Shown here: piece by piece, positions 1-8,707 of the stretch
Position numbering within the stretch: position 1 is the first letter of the stretch
Layout of the letters: each line of letters starts with the position of its first letter
Source of the DNA: Longimicrobiales bacterium
GTDB taxonomy: Bacteria; Gemmatimonadota; Gemmatimonadetes; Longimicrobiales; Gaopeijiaceae
Reading direction: 5' to 3'
Assembly: GCA_965248195.1 (NCBI GenBank)
Contig: CBDFIQ010000002.1
Location: 2,112,001 to 2,176,000, forward strand
Length of the DNA stretch: 64,000 bases
Notes under the pieces: model-generated
The model's input: the letters and a program-made list of their open reading frames with translations, nothing else
Told to the model about the DNA's origin: nothing
Databases searched by the model: none
Made by a program: the position numbers and the translations under genes

Positions 1-421
1 GCGCCCCACCGGTATAGAGGGCCCCCATGATCGTCCTGGCCGCAGCGTCCAGTGGGCGGCCATCGGGCCAGCGAAGCCAGAGCGAGAGGGCGAGCACCAA
101 CAGCGCCGTCCCAAGGACCACTGTGAAAGCCCAGGGAGCGAAGGCTTGATATTCGGGCTGGAGCGCCGCGATCAAAGGCAGCGCTCCGGCAAGAGCAGCT
201 CCCAGCCACCCGAAAGCCACGGCGTCGTCCCGAGTCAATCTGTAGTACTCTCGAGCTCCAAGGGCCCCCATTACGGCCATGAGCACTCCGAGAGGCCAGA
301 CACCCGCATAGATGATGAACGCCACCAAGGGAATCCCGATGATGGCGACCATGAGCCGGCTGGTTAGCTCTCCCCTGGAAGGCTGTTGAAGGGGTACAGT
401 GGGTCGCCTTGCGGATGCCAC
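1..421 (-). CDS. cdsA: Phosphatidate cytidylyltransferase, 5' part (runs off the window)
   Basis: Not in ORF track; manual translation gives GELTSRLMVAIIGIPLVAFIIYAGVWPLGVLMAVMGALGAREYYRL, a typical CdsA N-terminus, downstream of uppS. Start either GTG 421 (inside the MITE) or ATG 352. Confidence 0.85.
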   Translation of the reverse strand, partial: MASARRPTVPLQQPSRGELTSRLMVAIIGIPLVAFIIYAGVWPLGVLMAVMGALGAREYYRLTRDDAVAFGWLGAALAGALPLIAALQPEYQAFAPWAFTVVLGTALLVLALSLWLRWPDGRPLDAAARTIMGALYTGGA

Positions 422-697
422 GGTCCTAGCTCCTAGGCGGAGCGACGACGCCATAGCCGTAGCTATGGCTAGGAGCTCCAACAACGGGGGCACCACGCGC
501 AGCGTGGTCGGGGCCGTGCCACCGCAACCCTTCAACGTGTAAGGTCATGTCATTCGTGATCGTGGGCACAGGGCGGTTGTGCGGTTGATCCTGCGTCTCT
601 CCTCCTCGGAGTAGCGTTGCTACGCCTCGTCGTCGTTCCTTGTCTGAACGCGCACAAGCGCCCTGTGCGCGACCCGCTGTACCCCTTCAACAGCCTT
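379..697. mobile_element. MITE-like non-coding element with 29-bp terminal inverted repeats and flanking CTGG direct repeats
   Basis: 379-407 AAGGCTGTTGAAGGGGTACAGTGGGTCGC vs reverse complement of 669-697 (1 mismatch); CTGG at 375-378 and 698-701; internal hairpins; no transposase. Confidence 0.8.
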
Positions 698-713
698 CTG
701 GCATTCGGCGGTC

Positions 714-1445
714 CTATCCAACCGTCACACGACCAAATCGACGATCGCGTTCCTGGAAATCCACGACGGCCCGGAAGAGGTCCTCTCTTGAAAAATCGGG
801 CCACAGGACCGAGGCGACGTGCAGTTCGGTGTACGCTACTTGCCAGAGCATGAAGTTGGAGAGACGGAACTCGTCCGACGTGCGAATCAGTAGATCGGGA
901 TCCGGTAGGCCCTTGGTGAACAGGGCCGACTCGAACGAAGCCTCATCAAGCTCCTCAGGTGATAGGTCCCCGGAAACCGCCCGCTCGATCATCTGCCTGC
1001 ACGCCCTCAGGATCTCCTCCCGTCCGGAGTAGGAAATCATGAGATTGAGACGTAACTCCGTCCCTCCCGCGGTCTCGGAAGTGATGAAGTCGACCGATTT
1101 TCTCGTGGACGCATCGAGGGCATCCACGTCTCCCAGCACATGGACCTCACAGCGCTGCTCCTTGAGCTTTTGGGTCTCCTTGGACACGTAGCGACGGAGC
1201 AAGCCCATCAGCGCAAGCACTTCGGACCGAGGCCGCTGCCAGTTTTCGGTAGAAAACGCGAACAGCGTCAGGATTTCGATGCCCGCGTCGAGGGCGCCCT
1301 CAACCGACTCCCGGACAGCCGCGATACCCCGTTGATGCCCCGCGGCGCGCGGGAGGCCCCGCTGCGTGGCCCACCGGCCATTACCGTCCATAATGATCGC
1401 GACATGACGCGGAATTGGCCCATTGAGGCGGATTCTGTGCAGCAA
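714..1445 (-). CDS. uppS: Undecaprenyl diphosphate synthase (cis-prenyltransferase)
   Basis: HVAIIMDGNGRWA, FSTENWQRP, DPDLLIRTS..RLSNFMLWQ motifs; frr-uppS-cdsA order. Confidence 0.97.
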   Translation of the reverse strand: MLHRIRLNGPIPRHVAIIMDGNGRWATQRGLPRAAGHQRGIAAVRESVEGALDAGIEILTLFAFSTENWQRPRSEVLALMGLLRRYVSKETQKLKEQRCEVHVLGDVDALDASTRKSVDFITSETAGGTELRLNLMISYSGREEILRACRQMIERAVSGDLSPEELDEASFESALFTKGLPDPDLLIRTSDEFRLSNFMLWQVAYTELHVASVLWPDFSREDLFRAVVDFQERDRRFGRVTVG

Positions 1446-1456
1446 GTCCGAAGACG

Positions 1457-2011
1457 TCAGAGGGCCAGCACCTCCTTCTCTTTGTGCTCGAGCATCTCAT
1501 CGATGCGTTTCGAGCAGGAGTCCGTCAGCTTCTGGATTTCATCCAGTAAACGATGACCCTCGTCTTCGCCGGCCTCATGCTCCTTAATGGCCTGTTTCAC
1601 CTCATCGTTTTCGACTTTCCGCGCGTGGCGCAGTGACACCCTGCCATCCTCCGCCATCTGGTGGAGAAGCTTCGCAAACTCCTTCCGGCGTTCCTCGTTC
1701 AAGGGCGGGACCGGAATCCGGATGATATTCCCGTCGTTCCCGGGATTGAACCCGAGATCCGCGGTCAAAATTGCTCGTTCGATCTCAGGCAGAAGCGTCT
1801 TGTCGAAGGGCTGGATGACCAAGAGCGACGGTTCCGGGGTGGACACGCTGGCCACCTGATTCAGCGGCATCTTCGACCCGTAGGCATCGACCTTCACGGT
1901 ATCGAGCAGCGCCGGTGTAGCCTTTCCGGTGCGCACCGTCGCGAACTCCCGACGCACCGCGTCGACCGCCTCCTCCATCCGTACTTTTGCTTCCTCCAAG
2001 GACATGACCAC
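1457..2011 (-). CDS. frr: Ribosome recycling factor
   Basis: VRTGKATPALLD, PPLNEERRKE motifs; follows pyrH. Confidence 0.97.
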   Translation of the reverse strand: MVMSLEEAKVRMEEAVDAVRREFATVRTGKATPALLDTVKVDAYGSKMPLNQVASVSTPEPSLLVIQPFDKTLLPEIERAILTADLGFNPGNDGNIIRIPVPPLNEERRKEFAKLLHQMAEDGRVSLRHARKVENDEVKQAIKEHEAGEDEGHRLLDEIQKLTDSCSKRIDEMLEHKEKEVLAL

Positions 2012-2057
2012 CCCATTGCATCGGGTTTACCTCCGAGCGGGACGCCCTGCCGGAGGC

Positions 2058-2798
2058 CTATGATACCAAGGTGCCGACCCTATCTCCCCGAATGGCGGCG
2101 CAAACGGCCCCCTGATCCTCGAGATTGAGTACGATGATCGGAAGATCGTTTTCCTTGCACAGAGAAACGGCCGCGGCATCCATTACTGCCAGCTCGCGCT
2201 GGACGACCTCTTGAAAAGTAATGGACGGGATGAACTCTGCCGAGGGGTCTTGTGAAGGGTCCGCGCTGTAAACCCCTTTGACTTTCGTGGCCTTGATGAC
2301 GACTTGCGACTCCATCTCGATCGCTCTAAGCGCCGCCGCTGTATCGGTCGAAAAATACGGATTGCCTGTGCCTCCGGCGAAGAGCACGACCCTTCCTTTC
2401 TCCATATGCCGAAGAGCCTTCCGCCGGATATAGGGCTCCGCGACCTCGTCCATACGGATTGCCGTCATGACCCGCGTGGCAACCTTCTTATGCTCGAGCA
2501 AATCCTGAACCGCCAGGGCGTTGATGACGGTAGCCAACATCCCCATGTAGTCCGCCTGGACCCGATCCATCCCCTTCTGGCTGGCCAGCGCCCCCCGGAC
2601 GATGTTCCCCCCCCCGATGACCACTCCAAGGCTGACGCCCATCTCGTGGACGGCAATTATTTCGTTGGTGAGTAAGTCCACCACGGACGGCTCGATGCCG
2701 AACCCCCGCTTTCCAGCCAACGCCTCGCCGGACAGCTTGAGTAGGACTCTCCCGTACTTGGGAGGCTTGGACACGTCCCTCCCGGTTTTCGGATTCAC
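2058..2798 (-). CDS. pyrH: UMP kinase
   Basis: RVLLKLSGEAL, GGGN, DYMGMLAT, GNPYFSTD motifs. Confidence 0.97.
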   Translation of the reverse strand: MNPKTGRDVSKPPKYGRVLLKLSGEALAGKRGFGIEPSVVDLLTNEIIAVHEMGVSLGVVIGGGNIVRGALASQKGMDRVQADYMGMLATVINALAVQDLLEHKKVATRVMTAIRMDEVAEPYIRRKALRHMEKGRVVLFAGGTGNPYFSTDTAAALRAIEMESQVVIKATKVKGVYSADPSQDPSAEFIPSITFQEVVQRELAVMDAAAVSLCKENDLPIIVLNLEDQGAVCAAIRGDRVGTLVS

Positions 2799-3403
2799 TC
2801 ACCCACCTTGAAACGCATGAACCGAGCGACTTCGATCTTTTCCCCGGTTTTAGCGGAGATCTCGGTGATCATCTCTCCGACCGTCTGATCTGGATTTTTT
2901 ACGAAGGGCTGAGCAAGGAGCGTGCTTTCCTTGAAGAATTTATTGAGCTTACCCTCGACGATCTTCGATGCGATGTTGTCGGGTTTCCCCTGTTCCTTCA
3001 CCTGCTCCTCGTACACCCTTCGCTCGCGCGCCACGATGTCCTCTGGAATATCCTCCGAACTGACGGAGAGCGGCGCCTGAGACGCGATGTGCAGCGCGAT
3101 CTCCTTGGCCAACCCCTGGAAGTCGTCGGTGTTGGCTACGAAGTCGGTCTCGCAGTTCAACTCGACGATGACCGCAGTCCGCTTGTCAAAATGGACGTAA
3201 GACCCGATCGCACCCTCGTTGGCGGATTTCTCCGCCCGCTTCGCGGCCTTTGAGGCTCCCTTCGCCCGAAGCAAGTCGATGGCGGCCTCGATGTCCCCAT
3301 CGGTCTCGGTCAGGGCCTTTTTACAATCCATCATGCCAGCCCCGGTACGGTCCCGGAGGGCCTTCACGTCTTTCGCAGAAACCGACATCGTGTCGTTCGT
3401 CAC
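2795..3403 (-). CDS. tsf: Elongation factor Ts (short form)
   Basis: LRDRTGAGMMDCKKAL, ELNCETDFVA; about 200 aa. Confidence 0.97.
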   Translation of the reverse strand: MTNDTMSVSAKDVKALRDRTGAGMMDCKKALTETDGDIEAAIDLLRAKGASKAAKRAEKSANEGAIGSYVHFDKRTAVIVELNCETDFVANTDDFQGLAKEIALHIASQAPLSVSSEDIPEDIVARERRVYEEQVKEQGKPDNIASKIVEGKLNKFFKESTLLAQPFVKNPDQTVGEMITEISAKTGEKIEVARFMRFKVGE

Positions 3404-3498
3404 TCACTCAATTTGATAGGCCCATCTACAAAAAAGAGGCGGGAGCCCCAACTGCTCCGCCCCTCTCCGCCCCGACGACGGGGGCATGAACACTGCGG

Positions 3499-4746
3499 TC
3501 AGGATCCCGATTCGGCCTCACCCGCTTCAGCATCGGCCGCCACCTCAGCATCGGTGTCCCCTCCAGCATCGGTGATACCTTCCTCGGCGGCAGCCGCCTC
3601 TTGGGAAGAGGCCTTCACCTTCTTGGCCTTCACCTTCTTGGCCTTCACCGTCTTGGCCTCATCCTTCTCGTCCGTAGCCGCCTCGTCCTTCACTTTTTCG
3701 TCCGCAGCTGGCTCGTCCTTCACCTTCTCGTCTGTAGCCGCCTCGTCCTTCACCTGCTCGTCCGTGGCCGCCTCGTCCTTCACCTTCTCGTCCGTAGCCG
3801 CCTCGTCCTTCACTTTTTCGTCCGCAGCTGGCTCGTCCTTCACCTTCTCGTCCGTAGCTGCCTCGTCCTTCACTTTTTCGTCCGCAACTGGCACTTCCGT
3901 TCCTGTAGTCCCGCTAAGTTTTTCGAGGATCCCGGGCCGAGGGACTCGCTTCCTGCGCGGAGCCGCCGGGCGACTAGCGGTCGCGGTCACCTCGCCCGTT
4001 TCAGTCGAGTACGTCGTGGCCTGGGCCTCCTGCACCTTCCGTTTCTGCTCCTCCGGCACCTCTGCACTGGCTTCTCGAACCGACCGGGCGATCGCCTGCG
4101 TGATCAGACCAACCGAGCGGATCGCATCGTCGTTTCCGGGAACGGGGTACTCTACCAGATCGGGATTCGCGTTCGTGTCCGTGATGGCAATGACGGGAAT
4201 GCCGAGACGGTCGGCCTCCCGAACCGCGATCGCCTCGCGCTTCACGTCGACGACGAAAATCGCCCCTGGAAGACGGGACATGTCCTTCACACCCTCCAGA
4301 TACTTGTTGAGCTTCAGCCGCTCGCGGTCCAGAAGAAGTCGCTCCTTCTTCGTATAGAACTCGAAGGCGCTCTCTTCCTGTCCTCGCTCCAACTCCTTGA
4401 GCCGGCGAATCTGCTTCCGGATGGTCTGGAAGTTCGTGAGCATGCCGCCAAGCCAACGCTCGGTGACGTAGAATGCGCCGCACTGCTCCGCCTCTTGCTC
4501 GATGATCGAACGGAGCTGCCGTTTGGTACACACGAACAGGACTCTCTCGCCCGCGAGAACGACCTCCCGCACGGCTTCCTTCGCCGCGATGAGCCGGTCG
4601 AGCGTCTTACGTAGGTCGATGATGTGGATCCCGTTGCGCTCCGTGAAGATGTACTTCCGCATCTTCGGATTCCAACGGCGGGTCTGGTGTCCGAAATGGA
4701 CTCCAGCCTCGAGAAGCTCACTCAGTCCAACCTGCTGCTCCTGCAT
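3499..4746 (-). CDS. rpsB: 30S ribosomal protein S2 with long repetitive charged C-terminal tail
   Basis: LLEAGVHFGHQTRRWNPKM, RWLGGMLTN, PGNDDAIRS. Confidence 0.98.
   Translation of the reverse strand: MQEQQVGLSELLEAGVHFGHQTRRWNPKMRKYIFTERNGIHIIDLRKTLDRLIAAKEAVREVVLAGERVLFVCTKRQLRSIIEQEAEQCGAFYVTERWLGGMLTNFQTIRKQIRRLKELERGQEESAFEFYTKKERLLLDRERLKLNKYLEGVKDMSRLPGAIFVVDVKREAIAVREADRLGIPVIAITDTNANPDLVEYPVPGNDDAIRSVGLITQAIARSVREASAEVPEEQKRKVQEAQATTYSTETGEVTATASRPAAPRRKRVPRPGILEKLSGTTGTEVPVADEKVKDEAATDEKVKDEPAADEKVKDEAATDEKVKDEAATDEQVKDEAATDEKVKDEPAADEKVKDEAATDEKDEAKTVKAKKVKAKKVKASSQEAAAAEEGITDAGGDTDAEVAADAEAGEAESGS
3673..3882 (-). repeat. Coding tandem repeat, 7 x 30 bp (DEKVKDEAAT / DEKVKDEPAA)
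   Basis: Direct inspection of DNA and translation; followed by a 15-bp KAKKV repeat near 3610-3650. Confidence 0.95.
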
Positions 4747-4764
4747 AGATATCGTCTCGGGCTC

Positions 4765-5157
4765 TTAACGCTTCGAGAATTGGAACCGCTTGCGCGCCTT
4801 GGGGCGACCCGGCTTCTTGCGTTCGACCTTCCTTGCATCCCGCGTAAGAAATCCACCGGCGCGCATTACGGGACGGAGATCCTCGTCGTGCTCGACAAGG
4901 GCCCTCGCCAACCCCATGCGAACCGCATCCGCCTGGCCGGTCGGACCCCCACCACGGACCCGGACACGGATGTCGAACTGCCCATCCATTTCCGCAGCCT
5001 TGAGCGGTTGTCCGATCCTTTGCTGGTGGGTGGGACGAGGAAAGTAGTCCTGCAGGGAACGAGCGTTGACCGACCACTCACCCTTGCCGGGCGTGAGGAT
5101 GACGCGGGCCACGGCAGTCTTTCGCCGGCCCAGCGCCTGAATATGGGTTTTCTCCAT
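4765..5157 (-). CDS. rpsI: 30S ribosomal protein S9
   Basis: GRRKTAVARV, GGG..GQA.A, ERKKPG..KARKRFQFSKR; ATG at 5157. Confidence 0.97.
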   Translation of the reverse strand: MEKTHIQALGRRKTAVARVILTPGKGEWSVNARSLQDYFPRPTHQQRIGQPLKAAEMDGQFDIRVRVRGGGPTGQADAVRMGLARALVEHDEDLRPVMRAGGFLTRDARKVERKKPGRPKARKRFQFSKR

Positions 5158-5167
5158 AGATCCTTGT

Positions 5168-5596
5168 TTAAACGTCCAGGTGTTGCGGCTGTTGGCCTTG
5201 GTGCGGGTGGGCCGCACCGGCGTATACCTTCAATTTCTTCCTCATGTGCCGGCCCAATGAATTCTTGGGAAGCATACCCTTGACGGCAAGTTCAACCACA
5301 CGATCGGGGTGCTTTTCGATCATTCTCCGAAACGGAATATGCTTCTCGCTCCCCATGTAACCCGAGTGCTTGAAGTACGTTTTTTGGTCGGCTTTGCGCC
5401 CCGTCAGCGCCACTTTTTCGGCATTGATCACAACGACGTAATCGCCCACGTCCAGGTGCGGTGTGTACATGGGCTTATGCTTGCCACGGAGGATTCCGGC
5501 GACACGTGTGGCCAACCGGCCCAAGGTTTTCCCTTCGGCATCGACGAGCCACCAGAGACGCTCGATGTGTTCGGCTTTTGGAGTATAAGTTTTCAC
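5168..5596 (-). CDS. rplM: 50S ribosomal protein L13
   Basis: [29 protein letters not shown]. Confidence 0.97.
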   Translation of the reverse strand: MKTYTPKAEHIERLWWLVDAEGKTLGRLATRVAGILRGKHKPMYTPHLDVGDYVVVINAEKVALTGRKADQKTYFKHSGYMGSEKHIPFRRMIEKHPDRVVELAVKGMLPKNSLGRHMRKKLKVYAGAAHPHQGQQPQHLDV

Positions 5597-5631
5597 AGCT
5601 TACCCGCACATAATCAACGATAGAGCAGTGA

Positions 5632-5660
5632 AGGATAGTGGAGCTTTTTCGGGGTGTCAA
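5632..5660 (-). promoter_or_regulatory. Sigma70-type promoter for the rplM operon
   Basis: Minus strand TTGACA (5660-5655), 17-bp spacer, TATCCT (5637-5632). Confidence 0.75.
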
Positions 5661-5781
5661 CGGGGCAAAGCACAGCATTTTCACGGGTTTTCGACCCGAG
5701 AGAAACCCGGCTTCGCCCGCCCGGGGGAATCGACCGTGATGGGGACAGGCCGTGGCTCAAGAAGCCTGCTGAAGAGGCCTT

Positions 5782-6633
5782 CTAAAAAAAGGTCTCCAGA
5801 AAACGAGCCCGCGAAGCGTGCCGGAGACGAATCAAGGCCTTTTGTTTGATTTGCCGAACCCGTTCCCGGGTGATGCCCATTAGGGCTCCGATCTCCTCGA
5901 GGGTCATCGGCTCCTGATCGTCCAAGCCGAAGTACAGCCGAAGAATCTTGGCCTCCCGTTCCTTAAGCGAAGAGAGCGCGTTCTCCACACTGCTCTTGAG
6001 GGCGTGGTCGTACGCCTCGTCCTCGGGGCCGGGCGCGTACTGGTCGGGCAGGTAGTCGAGCAGCCGGTGGTCTTCGCCGGGCGTGATCGGAGCGTCCAGA
6101 GAAAGATGCGATTGTGAGATCGCCAACGTCCGCTCCACCTCCTGCTGGGAGATGTCTAGATCATCCGCGATCTCTTCGACCGTGGGCTCACGGCCCAGTT
6201 CCTGGAGCAGCGCCGAACTCCTCCGTCCGATCCGGTGGAGGGCGCCCGCCCGATTGAGGGGCACCCGGACAATGCGGCTCTGCTCGGCGAGGGCCTGCAG
6301 AATGGCCTGCCGGATCCACCACACGGCATAGCTGATGAACTTGATGCCCTTGGTCTCGTCGAACTTATGGGCCGCGCGGATGAGACCGAGGTTACCCTCA
6401 TTGATGAGGTCGGATAGCGGTACTCCTTGGTTCTGATACTTCTTCGCTACCGACACCACGAATCGGAGGTTGGAGCGGACCAGCTTGTCGAGCGCCTCCT
6501 CTTCTCCGCGCTTGATCCCCTTGGCAAGGCGGGCCTCTTCAGCCTTGTCGATGAGAGGATACTGGCTGATCTCCTTGAGGTATTGATCAAGCGACCCTTC
6601 CCGGAAGGAACCTTTACGGGAAGCAAAGCCCAT
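5782..6633 (-). CDS. RNA polymerase sigma70 factor, RpoD/SigA-like, lacking region 1.1
   Basis: NLRFVVSVAKKY, DLINEGNLGL, KFISYAVWWIRQ, TLEEIG..ITRERVRQI. Confidence 0.93.
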   Translation of the reverse strand: MGFASRKGSFREGSLDQYLKEISQYPLIDKAEEARLAKGIKRGEEEALDKLVRSNLRFVVSVAKKYQNQGVPLSDLINEGNLGLIRAAHKFDETKGIKFISYAVWWIRQAILQALAEQSRIVRVPLNRAGALHRIGRRSSALLQELGREPTVEEIADDLDISQQEVERTLAISQSHLSLDAPITPGEDHRLLDYLPDQYAPGPEDEAYDHALKSSVENALSSLKEREAKILRLYFGLDDQEPMTLEEIGALMGITRERVRQIKQKALIRLRHASRARFLETFF

Positions 6634-6797
6634 CTAGCCCTCGACGTGAATCGTGTACGTGACGGCGCCGCCACCTAGGGCGGCGGGGGCACCAAGCCAG
6701 AAACATGATAAGGAAAGGCTCATCCGCGCAACAGCCGCGGGGATGGGCGTTCCGCTGGTCGCATCCCCTGACGTTGGCTCAACTACCCCAACGCGGG

Positions 6798-7574
6798 TCA
6801 GCGGATCGGCTGGCCTACCCGCCCCCACCGCACGGCCTGAAGCCAGGGGACCCCCCGTCGGCTGGAGGGGTCGTAGGAGAAATACAGCCGCCACGGCTGG
6901 CCCCGGATCGAACGCCGGTCCACGAAGCCCCAGTAACGTGAGTCCTCGCTGTTGTCGCGGTTGTCTCCAAGCACGAAATAGTTGCCTTCTGGGACCGAGA
7001 TGGGACCCCAGTTATCCCTTGACGGACGATAGTCGTTCCTGGACGAACGCCGACGAACCCTGCCATCGTTTTCTCCGTATTGCTGGTCGCGAACGATCCG
7101 GGCCGCCAACAGATGTCTGCGCTGCCACCTCATGTCCGAATGGGTCGCATCGCCGCTACGATCAAGATGACGGACGTAGTTCTCCTGCATTTCATGCCCG
7201 TTCACGAAGAGGGTTTTCTCCCTCATCTCGAGCGTGTCGCCGGGCACGCCTACCACCCGCTTGACATAGGTCTTGAGTGGATCATGGGGGGGATGGAACA
7301 CCACGACTTGGCCGCGGCTCGGGTCCCGCCAGGCCGGCAACCTCAGGCCTAAAAACGGAACCTGTGCGCCATACACGGCCTTGTTGACAAGGAGGTAATC
7401 ACCGACGAGCAGGGTCCCCTCCATCGAAGACGTGGGAATCTTGAACGCCTCGACGACGAAGGCACGCACCCCCAAGAAAAGGACGACCGCGAGAATGATC
7501 GATCGCGCCCATTCCCAGGTGACCCATACACGGCCCCTAGACCCTCGCGATGCGCCTCCTTGACTCCCCACCAT
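6798..7574 (-). CDS. lepB: Signal peptidase I
   Basis: IPTSSMEGTL.VGD (Ser), YVKRVVGVPGD (Lys), GDNRDNSEDSRYWG; start uncertain (ATG 7574 with GGAGG upstream). Confidence 0.93.
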   Translation of the reverse strand: MVGSQGGASRGSRGRVWVTWEWARSIILAVVLFLGVRAFVVEAFKIPTSSMEGTLLVGDYLLVNKAVYGAQVPFLGLRLPAWRDPSRGQVVVFHPPHDPLKTYVKRVVGVPGDTLEMREKTLFVNGHEMQENYVRHLDRSGDATHSDMRWQRRHLLAARIVRDQQYGENDGRVRRRSSRNDYRPSRDNWGPISVPEGNYFVLGDNRDNSEDSRYWGFVDRRSIRGQPWRLYFSYDPSSRRGVPWLQAVRWGRVGQPIR

Positions 7575-7888
7575 TCCGAGCGGCACCTCCAAAAAACGTC
7601 TATAGCCAACCACCCGTTCACGCGGCTCACCGCGTGGCGGACGTAGAGCATCGATACACAAATGTCCGAACCCCGGTTCCAGCACGTCAAGTCATTCTTC
7701 CGGCCCACAGGCCAAGGCGGGGTCCCCTGCGGAACACCCGAAAGACGAAAAGCTTCCCCGCCAAGGGGTCCTGATCCTAGTGTTGTAATAGTGGTCGAGG
7801 CTCGCTATGCCAGCGAGTCCTCTCTCCAAACGGGGTAGGTAGATAGTGGCAAGACGTCGGGTAGCAGGACGCACGGGTAGCGTTTTCC

Positions 7889-8701
7889 GTGGGTAGGGTC
7901 CGATCTCCATTCTCGCTTCTTTTCCTCTTGATCGCAGCGGGCCTTCTGATGACCTGGCTTCAGAATCGTGCGCCCGTGTCGGCCGCCAGCCGCACGGACT
8001 TGGCGTTTCGCCCGGTGGAGGCCTGCCCCAAAGTGATGTGGAAAATCTGCGGCGAAAGCGTGACGGTCCAACACGCCAGCGATGAAGTGGCCCTCAGCTC
8101 AGCCTCGGTGTGTGTTGACGTGGGATATCTCTGCGCCGAACTGGAAACCTTGGGTTCCCAGCGAATCCTTCGGTGGCCGGAGGACACAGGCCGCCTCCGG
8201 ATCCGGGTGCCTCCCCCCCGGGGAGTAGCCCCTGAGCGCGCCCGGGATCTTCAGAGCGCCGCAGTGCGCGGAATACAGTACTGGCACCGGCGCCCCTTCG
8301 AACTCGTGATCGACACCCACCCCACTTCCACCGCCCGAGCCGACATAGAGATCTCGTGGGGAGAGGGTCTCACCGGGTCTCAACTCGGCGTCACTCGGGT
8401 TCGGTGGAGCTTCGAAAAGGGTGAGCCGAGGTTTGAGGTCCAAGGGCTCGCACTTGCCATGCGCAGCCCAACGGGCCGGAGGAAGGAACTGGCTCCACAG
8501 CAGGTGCTACTCACGGCGGCCCATGAGATGGGACACGCCCTCGGACTGCCGCACAGTGATTCGGAGCGCGACGTCATGTATCCTACGAACACTGCCCGCA
8601 GCCTCTCCAACCGCGACTTTCGTACCGTCGATGCACTCTACCGTCTGCCGAACGGAGCTGTGATAGAAAAAACCCATTGGCCCGGCAGGGCCGATCGCTA
8701 A
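7889..8701 (+). CDS. Matrixin-like (metzincin) zinc metalloprotease, N-terminal membrane anchor/signal
   Basis: HEMGHALGLPH zinc motif plus Met-turn (VMYP); hydrophobic N-terminus. Confidence 0.85.
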   Translation: MGRVRSPFSLLFLLIAAGLLMTWLQNRAPVSAASRTDLAFRPVEACPKVMWKICGESVTVQHASDEVALSSASVCVDVGYLCAELETLGSQRILRWPEDTGRLRIRVPPPRGVAPERARDLQSAAVRGIQYWHRRPFELVIDTHPTSTARADIEISWGEGLTGSQLGVTRVRWSFEKGEPRFEVQGLALAMRSPTGRRKELAPQQVLLTAAHEMGHALGLPHSDSERDVMYPTNTARSLSNRDFRTVDALYRLPNGAVIEKTHWPGRADR

Positions 8702-8707
8702 GCGCGA

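Noticed and set aside
3413..4614. Long plus-strand ORFs with Ser/Phe or Leu/His repeats
   Set aside because: Antisense shadows of rpsB and its tandem repeat.
5758..5790. AAGCCTGCTGAAG resembling the MITE end
   Set aside because: Too short and no partner TIR; more likely a hairpin at the sigma gene 3' end or chance.
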